A stretch of DNA of 64,000 bases from Dipteris shenzhenensis (GCA_047967505.1 CM106538.1), one strand, 5' to 3'. Positions 39,443 through 51,700 are shown, counted from the stretch's first letter. The notes: generated by a model from the letters alone, not told the origin. A program made the numbers and translations.

Positions 39443-40749
39443 CCCCCCCACCCCACCCCACCCCGCCCTGCCCAATTTCTATATGTGTCTCTAGAATTTT
39501 TGTATTTTTCGATCATCATCTATCCATTTAGCACTCACTGCACCTCCTATTGTGGATTTTTTGGGCCTTGATCTTCTTTTCATTCCGCTTGATCTAAGAC
39601 GATCGCCTCATGCCTATTAACAGAGCTTGCCAATATGCTTATCAGAGATGCATAAAAGTGGTCTTTTATGGAGGGAATTTTCCTTATTTAGGCAGTTAGC
39701 AAGAGAGGGATCTAAGGATTGTTGGCATGCATGTGCATGACTAGATGGTTTTGTCCATCATGGCATGTCCGTACACCAAAATCCCCATATTACTACTCTA
39801 TGGAAGCATGTATACTACAATTGACTCACTAGAAGCTTAACCAAACTATCAGTGATGCCTTATGGCAAGTATGCATTCATCAGTGATGGTGTTTCCCATC
39901 ATAACCACCTAGAGTGTTGGATGACACATCTTCAACAACAATCTCCAACAAATCAGCTCCCTTGCAATAGGATACCATAGCAAGTGACTCACAAAGCAAT
40001 GTCAATAACTGGATATAAACCTTGGCAACCATCAACAACTGCCATTCATTAGACACCATATTCTCACAAATAGATGCTAAGGCACTACAAGTAGATCCTC
40101 CACTCCCACATGAAGAACCAATGGATCTAGAGATGCCATTATTTATGGCTGACCTCGAGTGGGATCATGAATCTGAAAAAGGTACCCATACCAATGATGA
40201 CTCAGATTTTTTTTGGGACCTTGAAATAGAGGCTGAAAATGCTAAAATTGAAGATCAAATCTTTGATAATGACAGCCATTCTGCATGCCCTAATGGTAGT
40301 CGAGCTCCCAAAAGTTGAACCTCTAAATTTGAATAATAGCAGAAGATCCCGCAAGAAAGCTGGAGGAAATCACAGAAAAGCCAAGGCCAAGCACTTCAAT
40401 GAATTGGAGCTAGTCCAATCAAGAATTGTCGAATTGTACCTTGCAAAGTCAGCTCCCTCAAAATTAGAATCACTGCCTCTTGAATGGTTCCCTGAGGGAT
40501 TGCAAGGAGTATGTACATCAAATGAACCCTTACTTAGAAACACCTTACTAGTGGAAAAGTTACCCCATAGCTCCCTACGTAAGAAGTTTCGGAAATATAA
40601 GCCACATGTGTGGATGAAGCTCAATCAAGAGACTTCAAAAAAAGAAAGTCAAGAAGAGCCTAACAAATTAATAAATGCAACTATGCCACCTATTACACAT
40701 GACACATGTCAGGCTAGTTCAAACCCATCAGAGGCCAATCTTTGAGAAG

Positions 40750-41085
40750 TGTCGGAATACTTCAAGAATTACACAAGTGGAAGTGCACCAATAGCAATGC
40801 CAAGACCACTAAGAGAATTTGAAGTTCAAGAAACTGATAGCATTGGAGAAACTCCAATCTATGAGGGACTAGCAAAAACATGCACAATAAACCTCACCCT
40901 TGAAGGGGAGGAAGGAAAACTGGCTTTCATTGGGATATAGTTCGTCAAGAAGATGAAACCAAACTCAAAGCACTCTTAATGGAATACCGTGACTGCCTAG
41001 CATGGTCATACAAAGAGATGAAGGGAATTTCACCATAAGTGGCAGTACACACGATACCTATAAGGGAAGGTGCTCACCCTAAGGT
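40750..41085 (+). mobile_element. Ty3/gypsy pol remnant (PR-RT linker, non-chromovirus-like)
   Basis: About 40950-41080 translates DETKLKALLMEYRDCLAWSYKEMKGISP*VAVHTIP, matching the FAWSYxDMxGI..H motif that precedes gypsy RT. Confidence 0.7.
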
Positions 41086-41830
41086 CAAGGGCAACTGATG
41101 TGGAAAACAAGGCCACATGTCATGGCGTGGCACTAGGGCAAACGTGGTAGTGGGTGGCCATGTGGCAGAGATGATGTGGTAGTCTGAGGTGGCAGTCCAT
41201 GTCATAGATAAGGTAGACAACTTGATGATGTGGTAGATAAGGCTAAGGCTACTGATGTGGCAACTAGGGAGCCTTGTGATGTGGCATGATAAGGTGATGT
41301 GTCAAGAGGGTAGTGTTGCAGAGGTGGCAAATATGCCACATGGCAAATTCTTGACCTAGCCAAGATACGATGATAAGGTTATCTAGAATCTTGTAGATTT
41401 TGATAGAATATTCAAGATTATATCACAACATCATTTGGGATCATTGCCCATGTCCATCATGTTGGGATATCTCAAGGTGTATGCCTCAGGCACACCTTAT
41501 GTTTCTATGTGTGAGTGCTAGAGGCACAGTTAGGTGCCCACAAGCACAGTTACGCAAAGGTTTTTGGCATTGTAAGGATATGTAGTTTTGGGGATTAAAA
41601 TAACTGAAAGGGTATAGATTCAACAACTTTAGGGGGTATACTAAGCATATGAACATGAATGCTTTCTTTTTTTTAGTATTCCAATTTTGTTTTGAAAAAG
41701 AAAAACATGAATGCTTTCACACAAACAAATTGCATTGAGATCACACAACCTAAAGTTTGATAATTTGGTTTTCCATCTCAATCTTCAGTTTGTTTCTACT
41801 TATGAATTTCATTTCCTTCTTTATCAACAG

Positions 41831-43132
41831 ATATTGGCAATCTCAATTTCACATCGCTAGAAGCATTGCCTGTACATGTGACACCTGATCCAATGATTCA
41901 TTATGTGCCTAATTTGAACATTAGCATGAAAGTTCCAAGCTCAACATGGTTGATTGAAAATGTTGAGGATGCAATGTCTGCAGTTAATGTTCCATTGACA
42001 AATGTGAATGCAAGCTTAGAAGGTAAAGGAGAAGATGCAATGTCATTGTATGAAGCCAAGGTGCAGGAAGAAATCTTAGAAGGTAAAGGAGAAGACATAA
42101 TGTCACCCTCAGAAATAATGTCAAAAGAGGTGATAACAAAAATAAGACTAGCAGTGATAATAGATTTGAAAGGGTTATTGCTCGAGCGTTGTTTTTCGAA
42201 GTCAAATAAACATATGAGCTTGCACAATGGGAAGTATTGGCTTGTTCTCCATCCTGGGTGTTTAGAGTTTCTACAATGGTTGCTCGATCACTACCATGTT
42301 GGCATTTGGTCCACTGGAGGAGAAAAGGGCATGGTGCAACACATGTTGGACACTTTGGAGCATCATGTTAACAGAAAGTTACATTTCTTCATGGTTTGGG
42401 GTGCGATGGCATGCCACAAGCATACAAAGAGTAGAATCATTCGACCAGATAGGATGAATGTGGAAGCGGAGTTTAAACCATTAATGAGAGTGTGGTGTTG
42501 TTTTAAAGAGGAATGCAAACCAGCAAGAACAGTGTTCATTGATGTTTCGCCTTACACGGGTTGTGTTAATCCGTTGTGTTAATCCAACAGAAAATTGCAT
42601 TTTCCCTACAAAATTTGATATAGATTGTGGTGATTCTATTTTGCTTCATGAGTTATTACCGTACCTACAGATGCTAGATGATGCAGTAGATGTGCGCAGT
42701 GCCATCTCTTCTAACAGATTTGGTCAAGCTCCGATTGTCGAAGGGCATGATATGTTCTATTATTTTCAACCAGTGATCCTTGAATTCAAAGAAAAAAACA
42801 AAGAAGTTCTCAAAAGGATGAATGTCGAATCTCATATGTCTACTCATAGTTCAAAAAAAGACACAGAGAAAGGTATTACTTCACCAATGACCAAAACTAG
42901 AGTGAGAGGGACTTGTCCTACTACAAGAAGTATGGTGCATGCTCAACATGTTACATTGAATGAAGAGGAAGAATGCATGCTAGGAAAAATTGCCAAAATG
43001 GGGCCATTGAAAGATAGTGAGGCAAAACGCTTTGCTATGGTTCTTGGATGCAAGGAAAGGGGAATCACTGCCGATGCTGCAAGGGCATTCTTAGCTAACT
43101 TGATTCGATTTTATTGCATAGACAACCCTTAG
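41831..43132 (+). pseudogene. FCP1/NIF-like (CTD-phosphatase-type HAD) domain exon, frameshifted by a 13-bp duplication
   Basis: Removing one copy of GTTGTGTTAATCC (42560-42585) joins ORFs 41866..42582 and 42539..43132: IIDLKGLL..LHPGCLEFL..VGIWS..VWG..KPLMRVW..TVFIDVSPYTGCVNP..CIFP..YLQML..NRFGQAPI, the motif order of plant NIF/FCP1-like HAD proteins; polypyrimidine tract plus CAG acceptor at 41830 with the frame open from there. Confidence 0.8.
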
Positions 43133-43379
43133 GGAATGTGAGCGATCTTGTTAATTAGAGTTGCAAACACAAATGATCAACTAAAACATTTGTACCTACA
43201 ATCTGATTTATATTTGGACATTATTTGGTTAGATTCAATTTGCAAAACATTATGTTTCAATTTGTTTTAAGAAAGAATTAATAGACATTGAGTTAGTACC
43301 TTGTCCAAAAAATGCTATGTGCTTTGTGATGTGAGTTTGTATTCCTCCACTAAAAGAATGATTCTTTGATTTTAAACAT

Positions 43380-43937
43380 ATGATAGGTGTTGCAGATTGT
43401 CCTGAAAAGTTGAAGAGCTATCTTATTTCAAATTTTGATCTTGCATCCAATGGCTTATGGAAACATAAATTGCCCATACCCATTGAGCACGTGTTCGAAA
43501 TGAATGGCATCCATTATGAAGTAAAGAAATCAACAATACCTGGGGCAGGATATGGTCTTTTTGTACATACGAGCATCAAGAAAAAACAAGATTTGATGGT
43601 ATATAATGGTCCAAAGTATGATTATGATACTTGGAGATCTCTCCTCAAGTTTTTCCCAAGGATGAAGACTTATGGAATGTTTGAAGATCCATTCATTGAG
43701 CCATTGACAGATGTGAAATGTATTGTGGGAGATGTATTGTATGGAAACATTGCTGGATATATAAATAGCTCAATGTATTATAAAGAAATAACAAATGTTA
43801 TATTTGTATACATCCCTAAACTACCACCTTGGGCTCAAAAGTCACAAGGAAATTTGAGTGCCCATGGCTACATTACTGTGCAAACCATAAAGGATATATC
43901 GTTCAGAGATGAGCTACTTTGTGAGTATGAATACTAG
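43380..43937 (+). CDS. Minimal SET-domain (lysine methyltransferase-like) ORF or exon, 185 aa
   Basis: YEVKKSTIPGAGYGLF (GxG motif), NIAGYINSS (FINHS-like), DELLCEY (ELxxDY with the Tyr retained); no stops; possible acceptors at 43386 and 43395. Confidence 0.8.
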   Translation: MIGVADCPEKLKSYLISNFDLASNGLWKHKLPIPIEHVFEMNGIHYEVKKSTIPGAGYGLFVHTSIKKKQDLMVYNGPKYDYDTWRSLLKFFPRMKTYGMFEDPFIEPLTDVKCIVGDVLYGNIAGYINSSMYYKEITNVIFVYIPKLPPWAQKSQGNLSAHGYITVQTIKDISFRDELLCEYEY

Positions 43938-44691
43938 TATGGAATTGTTAATGATTATGTTAAACTATGTGGTGCAAAATTGGCTATGTCTCAATGGTTT
44001 TGATTATATTTAGTACAAGAAAGCAATTTAAAAAAAGGTTTTTATCAAGACCATGTCTCTGAGTTTCATGAGCTCTATTGTGATGGAACAGTGTTTTTGA
44101 ACACCACATTTATATGATGGATGTCAAAGCTCTACCATAATCCTATTGCATATGTCAATACTGCAATTTATCAACATAGAAACATATGCATTTGACATTA
44201 ATTTGATACATCTAATGTACCAAATAAAAATTGACAGTTGTTGCAAGTTTAATTTTGTTTTTGAAGACCACATTTATATGATGGATGTCAAAGATCTATA
44301 ACAATCCTATTGCATATATCAATACTGCAATTTAATTTACTCCAATGAATCTTCCTAATGCAACATCTATAAATTGGCTTTTGTTTGTGGTTTCGATGCA
44401 TACGAAACAACAAACATCTTTCTTTCACTAGCAAATCAACAAATGTTTTGGCCATGGAGCCATGTTCACATCTATTAAGGCCTTTTGCCATAGCAACATA
44501 CAGAAGATTTTTGCTTGTGTTTCTAGGAATTGGGAAAGTATTGTGCATGGTCTAGTATCCCCCAACATAATTGAAACTTGGGTCCTCAATGGAGCTAATG
44601 TTTCAATAAAAAACATCAAATTTTACTTTTGAAGTGACTATATTTTATTTCGTGGGAATTGGGATTTTCCCAAATTCTCTAATATAGTGTT

Positions 44692-45521
44692 ATACACTGA
44701 TGCTGATTGGGCTGGTAGTATTTCTGATAGACGATCTACCAGTGGATATGTGTTCTCTTTTGGGAGTGCTGCAGTCACTTGGAGCAGCAAGAAACAGCCT
44801 ACTATTGCCTTGTCGAGTACAGAGGCTGAGTACAGAGGTGCAGCAATGGTTGCATGTGAGGTAGCTTGGTTGCATAAGCTACTCTATGATATGCATCAGT
44901 CTACGGATGGGCCAGTTGTCATTTATTGTGACAACATGAGCAGTATACACTTGGCAAAGAACCCAGTCTTTCATGCCAGAACAAAGCACATTGAGGTGCA
45001 TTATCACTATGTGCGGGAGAAGGTTTTACTAGGTCTTATTGATCTAGTTTATGTCAGCACAGAGGATCAGGTAGCTGACATATTCACGAAAGCATTGGGC
45101 ACAGAGAAGCTGCGCAAGTTCAGAGACCTGCTTGGTGTGCAGGAATTGGGATTGAGCTCGAGGGGGAGTGTTGAGATATCGAGCTCCACTCGCGATATGC
45201 CAGGGTGACCATTGTGTATTTATGTCACCGACTTGTTAGCTGGAGATGCGGTTGGTACACCGCTCACGAATAATAGCTGGATGATAGCTATCCCTATCTA
45301 CACTAGTTCGTGGCTCAGTTAGTATGCCACCTTAGTTAGTTGAGTTTGGTTTGAGACCCACATATAGGGTTCTTCTATTTTCTTTGTACATGAGTTCTTT
45401 TGGCTTTCACAACTAAGAAGAGGAAAACTGTTTTCAGCCTCCACCTTTGTGTGTATTCCCCCATTGTGCATGTGAGAAAGCCGCAAGTGAGACTCCTTCC
45501 CTCTCTTCCACAATCTTCACA
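44692..45521 (+). mobile_element. Copia A4 3' fragment (RNaseH, PPT, 3' LTR 45169-45521)
   Basis: ORF 44687..45208 (DADWAG..SSTEAEY); LTR TGTTGAG...CTTCACA. Confidence 0.93.
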
Positions 45522-46374
45522 AACTAGACACAACAATATGAAATGCTTGAGCAACCAAAAGCTGGAGCTTCAAACTCAAAGATCATATGGAAGAGCATGT
45601 GAACTCAAAGGACAATCTCTTGGTCTTGAAACAAAATTCTCTCTCAAATAAAGTAGACCTCTCTGTATCACAAAGTAAGAGAAGACCTAACACCCAAACA
45701 ATGAATCTCTTGAAGAATAGAAGAAGAATTGTCAAATCTCTCTCTCAACGGAAATATCTCAAAGAGAACTTTCAATCTCTCAAGGATGATGAAAATCTTG
45801 AAGACTATTGCTTTCAATGAAATATAAGCTCTTAATGAACTCTGTTAGAAGAAGACTCCCACAATCTCTTAAAAGAGATGAACAAAGATGGAGGATGCCT
45901 CAAGGGAGGGCTTATTTCCTTGACAAGATGCAAGGGATTGGGAGCACCATAGGCTCTGATACCATGGTAATGGAAGTGAGAGAGGGAGAGAGAGAGTAGT
46001 GCACACAAGATTGACTAACCATACACTAATTTGTATTCCATGGAACAAATTGAATTTCATTAATGAATTCCAAATTGAAATCGAAAGAAACCAATTCTAG
46101 AAGGAATTCCAAAGAAACAAATTCCAAAGCAATAATTGAATTCCATTCAGGAAGTGGCCACTTCATCAATGATATCATCAGCCAAGCAAGTGCTAGGTCA
46201 ATGATATCATCAAAGAAGCAATATAGAAGCATAGTATAGTAGATTGGGCAAAATTTGGTCAATGATATCATCAATTGAGCATTTGCTCGATTGATGATAT
46301 CATCGACCAAGAACTCGCTCAGTTGATGATATCATTGATCAATCGATTGATGATTTCATTGACTGAGAAAGTCC
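45522..46374 (-). mobile_element. Fragment of another LTR element (E): tRNA-iMet PBS, leader, and partial LTR with short tandem repeats
   Basis: GGCTCTGATACCA at 45952-45964 is the reverse of TGGTATCAGAGCC, preceded on the minus strand by ..TTACCA; TGATATCATC and AATTCC repeats in the putative LTR. Confidence 0.6.
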
Positions 46375-47157
46375 TGTTGAGATATTTAGCTCCACTCATG
46401 ATATGCCAGGGTGACTGTTGTGCATTTATGTCAACGACTTGTCAGCTACAGATGCGGTTGGTACACTGCCCATGAATAATAGCTGGATGACAACTATCTT
46501 TATGTACTCTAGTTAGTGGCTTAGTTAGTATGCCACCTAGGTTAGCTGAGTTTGGTTTGAGACCCACATATATGGTTCATCTATTCCTTTTGTACTGAGA
46601 GAGAGAGTTCTTTTGGTTTTCACAACTAAGAAGAGGAAAACTATTTTCAGCCTCCACCCCATTGTATATGTGAGAAAGCTACAAGCTCGGGGGGGTCACT
46701 CATCATATGTAACCCTATCACGTGAGTTCAACAGAAGGATATTTTTTATTCCTAAAATTTACAGAAATAAATATACATAAGGGACTATTTAAAATAGTTT
46801 TGGAAAAAATTTACAGATTTGTATAGAAAAGGGGTACATTTTATTAATGAAAAAATTTACAAATAAGGGATTTTAAATATAGGCCTTGAATGCACGTGAT
46901 ATAGAGGGTTTATACATAGTGACCCCCCCGAGGCTACAAGTGAGACTCCTTACCTCTCTCCCACTCTCTTCACATGGTATCAGACCTTGGTTCGTGGTAA
47001 GGAGCTCAAGAAAGCAAACCAAGTTCGTGGTGTCTTGGTAAGAGGATCCGTGTTGCTTTCCTCTTTCGAGTTTGGGAGCAAATCTCTGCAGGTAGCACAG
47101 CCAAAAAGTGCAAGAGTGCATTGTCTTAGATTGGGACGCCCTTCGTGGTGCGGCGAG
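46375..47157 (+). mobile_element. Copia A 5' LTR (46375-46974, MITE-interrupted), PBS (46975-46986) and truncated leader
   Basis: TGTTGAGATAT start, CTTCACA end, TGGTATCAGACC; leader colinear with 13790-13955. Confidence 0.9.
46686..46932. mobile_element. 247-bp MITE, 15-bp perfect TIR CTCGGGGGGGTCACT, 8-bp TSD GCTACAAG
   Basis: TIRs 46686-46700 and 46918-46932; TSDs 46678-46685 and 46933-46940; AT-rich interior; absent from the other A LTRs. Confidence 0.92.
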
Positions 47158-48764
47158 GCTTTAATCCCAATGAAAGGGTTGATGCTCAGATTACAAGCCG
47201 ACTCTATCAAAGAGTGATCTTATTAGAAGCACGTCACATAACTCTGTTCGAGCAAATGGTGGATACAGGCTACCTAGAAACTATGAAAAAAACTCGGCAC
47301 TAAGGTAAGGGTCTCCAAATGGGGCCGTAGCTAGGTACAAGTGCAAAGCAATGGAGGTGAGTTAGCTAGTGATAAAAGTGTCTCCAAGCTCTAGTAAGGA
47401 GTCACCAAGCACCAAGTAACTATGTCTTGGAGGTCAAGCAATAGAATGCACATTGCCATGCAGAGAGTTGATGCCAAGAAGAGACTGTGCGCTAAGCAAA
47501 GTTGAAAGCCATAAGTGCAACACAAAAAAGGAGAGTTGGTCACAAAAATAATAAGTTAAATATATAATTAATTTGATTAAAATGCAATAAATTAACAAGA
47601 GTGATATTGGAAATCAAAGGGAAAGGAGGAATAAAATTGAAAATTAATATAGGGATACTAAAAAAGGTCTGAGTTAGGTAGCAATAAAGGGGAGTGAGGG
47701 GGCAATAAAAATCTACACCATCATAAGCTGCCCCACAATAAGGCTTTAAAAATGCAAACAGGGGGGTTTTAACTCAAGAGTGTATGTAATTGTGAGGTAA
47801 GGGATGTGTGTGTGTGTGTAAAATAAATGGGTAAGTGTGTATGTGTATGTATAAGTGTGGGAAGGTGGGGGGAAAATAAAAAATACCTAATAAATTATTA
47901 GGAAATGCAGCACACAACTTCAACAAAAATGAAGACTCAAGACTAGTTAACACAGACTGTTCTGAAGGTTGCCGCATAGCTCTAGATCCAGAATAAATAG
48001 TGGAGGAAAAGCCAAGGACATCAAACAAGGACACACAAGAAACCAGGAGTCACAGTAGCGTAAGGGAAGTGTCTTGAGAACAAAAGAGGCCATAAGGAAA
48101 GGGTCACAAAAAGGCTTCCACAGCAACATAGAGGAGCAAGGCCAATAATAGGTCAATGTAAGCATCTACATAAGCTCCTCAGAGAACATGTGAACCTACG
48201 TGAGAGAGGTGCAATAAGAGAAGTTTATGACCAACTGTAAGGAGGTAGCTTGCAAGGAGGTACACACGGAGTACAAGAAGAGCCAATAAATGTGTGCACT
48301 AAAGCAAATAAGAGAATCAGAAGATAGCTAGAGTTTGGAGGTAGCAGTGAGAATTTGTTTAGTAGTGTGTAGAGGGTGTCCGAGAAGAAGGTGAAGCACC
48401 TGATTGAAAATCATGGCTATGAGGTAAATGAGCCAAGTTATAAGGAAAGATACACTGAGGATAACGGGACATAAAGATGGTAGTAAAAGATATAGAAGGG
48501 GGAGGTATTATAACATCCAAGAAAGAAGTGAAGGTTATGTAAGGGATCATCATGTAGGTAGAATTACAAGGGTTGACACGGAATTTTTTGGCAGTTAGGT
48601 TAGGTTTTTATAATACGTGTGCAAGTGGAAAGTGTTAAAAGTGTGTGTGTGTGTGTGTGTGTGGTTTTGGGGTTAGAGTCAAAGAGATGTGTGAATGTGC
48701 ATGTGAATTGTCTTTGAGAAAAATGTGTGTGTGTGTGTGTGTGTCCCACCCCCAACCCAGAGGT

Positions 48765-51700
48765 AAGACCACATACTAAGAGAGTTCTTTTGGCTTTCAC
48801 AACTAAGAAGAGGAAAACTGCTTTCACCCTCCACCTTTGTGTATATTCCCCCATTGTGTATGTGAGAAAGCCGCAAGTGAGACTCCTTCCTTGTCTCCCA
48901 CTCTACATGGTATCAGAGCTCGATTCGTGGTAAGGAGCTCAAGAAAGCAAACCAAGTTCGTGGTGTCCTAGTAAGAGGATCAGTGTTGCTTTCCTTTTTT
49001 TTTGAGTTTGGGAGCAAATCTCTACAGGTAGCACAACCAAAAAGTGCAAGAGTGCACTATCTCAAATTGGGACACCCTTCGCAGTGTGGCGAGAGGGCAG
49101 TTTTGGGGCCCATTTTGGTGCCGGAAGTTTTCTGCAGGCACTCAGGAAAGTGCCCTATTTTTGCTCTGCAACCACTGTTCAGTAGGTCAGTGAAAAGTTA
49201 TTGCATCGTATGCCTATGCACAGAGATATTGGGAGTGATAGAATCATTCTTATTGCTCTTGATGCATAATCGTTACTAAGAAGTGACTGTGTGGTCAAAT
49301 ACCACTTTCGTCAGTTTTGTAAATTTGCCCTTGTGAGGTAGAAGTTGTGTTTTTTTGCAGTGACAGAATATTTTGCAGTGTTCTATAATGGTGTCTGATG
49401 CTCTTTCATAGATTGTCACTGAAAAGCTTGACAAGAACAACTTCCAAGCATGGAAGTTTAGAATGACAAATTTCCTTAAGGGAAAATGCTATTGGGAGTT
49501 CATTACTAGAGTTGAACAAGAACCAGTTATTCCTAATGTTCCCAATCAATAGGAGTTGCAGGTATTTAAAGGCTAGAATAAGAGAGCCAGAAAAGTTATG
49601 TACTGGCTATCTATCAATATTTCAAATTCTATGATTGTGCATATTCAGAATGCAAGCACGCCGAAGTAGGCGTGGGATACTTTGACAAAAATGTATAGCA
49701 CAAATACACAAGCCAGGAAAATGCAGCTCAAGTAGGAGTTGCATAATGTGCAGAGAGAAAATATGAGCATCAATGACTACCACATGAAGGTGAAGAACAT
49801 TGCAGATGCACTTGCTTCTATTGGGTCACCAGCGGAAGATGATGATTTAGTTTCTATGACCTTGAATGGTCTAGGAAAGGATTATGCACAATTTTGGACA
49901 TCCATTGCCGTCCGTGAGAATTTTGCTGATTTTGAGGAGTTGATTGCTCTTTTAATTTCTGAAGAGCAAATAAATGGTGGTGCATCTTCTTTAGGAGGAA
50001 CTTCAAAAGAAGCTGTCTTCTACTCAAATGCTAGAAGAGGTAGGGGCAGAGGTAGAGCAGGCCGATTTTGAGGCCATGGTAGAAATCAAAATATGCAGCA
50101 AATTCAAGAAAACCAGTCCTATGGAGGAGGACGTGGTAACTTTAGAGGCAGGGGGAGCCAAAGAGGTCGTGGTGGATGGTAGAGAGGCCAAAATGCAAAC
50201 AACAATGTTGAATGCTACTACTGTGGTAAAATGGGTCATATGGTTAAAGACTGCTATAAAAAGTAAAATGACATCATGAGTGGAAAATTGCATGCATCGT
50301 CTAGTAGACAGGGTGATGACAAAAATGAGCATCTGTTTTTGGTGTAGCACATGACCAATCTGTGACAAGTGCAAAAGAAAGCAATGATGTGTGGTATGTT
50401 GACTCAGGTGCATCAAACCACATGACAGGTCATGCAGAATGGATGCAAGATGCAAGGAAAATGAAAAGACCATGATTTGTGGAGACTAGTCATGATACTG
50501 CATATCCTATTGTGCAGATTGGTAAAATTCCTTTGTCTATGCAGGATGGAAAAAAGAAATACCCGCCTAATGTATTTCATGTCTCGGATATCACCAAGAA
50601 CCTGGTTTTTATTGGTCAAATGGTTGAGCAGGGCTTGCAGGTCAGATTTAATCCTCATGGATGCTTTGTTGAGGATATCAAAAATAAAGGTCGCTTGATA
50701 TCAAAAGGGAAGAGGAAGGGCATGATGTTTACGTTGGATGCAGACATGCCCGAATTGAGTGTAGCAATCTTTGCACATGGGACCAATGTAGTTGCAGATA
50801 TTGATATCTGGCATAAATGCATTGGTCATGTTAATGTACATCGACTTAAATTAATGGAGGCCCAAAATATTATTGCAGGATTGCCTAAGTTCAAGGTTGC
50901 AGAAATGCATAAGGGATGTGAAGCCTGTCAATTTGGAAAACACACAAGGAAACCATTTCCTAGACATGTTCAAGAGAGTAAGAGGCCATTGGAATTAATC
51001 CACTGTGATGTGTGGACTACTAAAGCTGCATCTATTGGAGGCTATCATTATTTTTCACTTTTATTGATGACTACAATAGAAAAGTTTGGGGGTATTTTAT
51101 GAAAAAGAAAAGTGAAGTGTTTGGGCATTTCAAAGATTTTAAAGCTATGGTTGAAAAAGAAACACGCTTACAAATAAAATTCCTAAGGTCAAATGGAGGG
51201 GGAGAGTACCTCTTAAATGAGCTTGCAAGTTTCCTGCAGGAGCATGGCATAAAGCAACAATATTCATGCAGTCGTACCCCATAGCAAAATGGACTTGCAG
51301 AAAGGAAAAACATGCATATTGGAGAGGTATCTCGCACCATTCTCAACAAAAAATACCTGCCATATTATTATTGGGCTGAAGCAGTTGCTACAACAGTCTA
51401 CATAATGAATAGGACTCCCACTGCAGCAATACATGGCAATGTAGATAGTGGTATGCAAGTATCATGAAAAGGAAAAAAGAAAGTAGATTAGCCCATGGTT
51501 GATGTGAATGCAGGTCACTCTTATGTGGATGGTGAATCCAGTGGCTGACAATAGAGCCTTGATGATGAGTTAAGTATTCCTTCTGTTGTTACACTTGGAG
51601 TAAGGAAGACAAGGGATGTTTTGAGAGCACCTGGTAGTGAGCCTATTTTGTGTAGGTCTACCAGAGCTAGGTATTCTATGGATAGGCTAAAATATGATGG

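Noticed and set aside
47160-48760. Purine-rich unassigned segment with (GT)n tracts
   Set aside because: No credible ORF, termini or internal homologue could be identified by eye.
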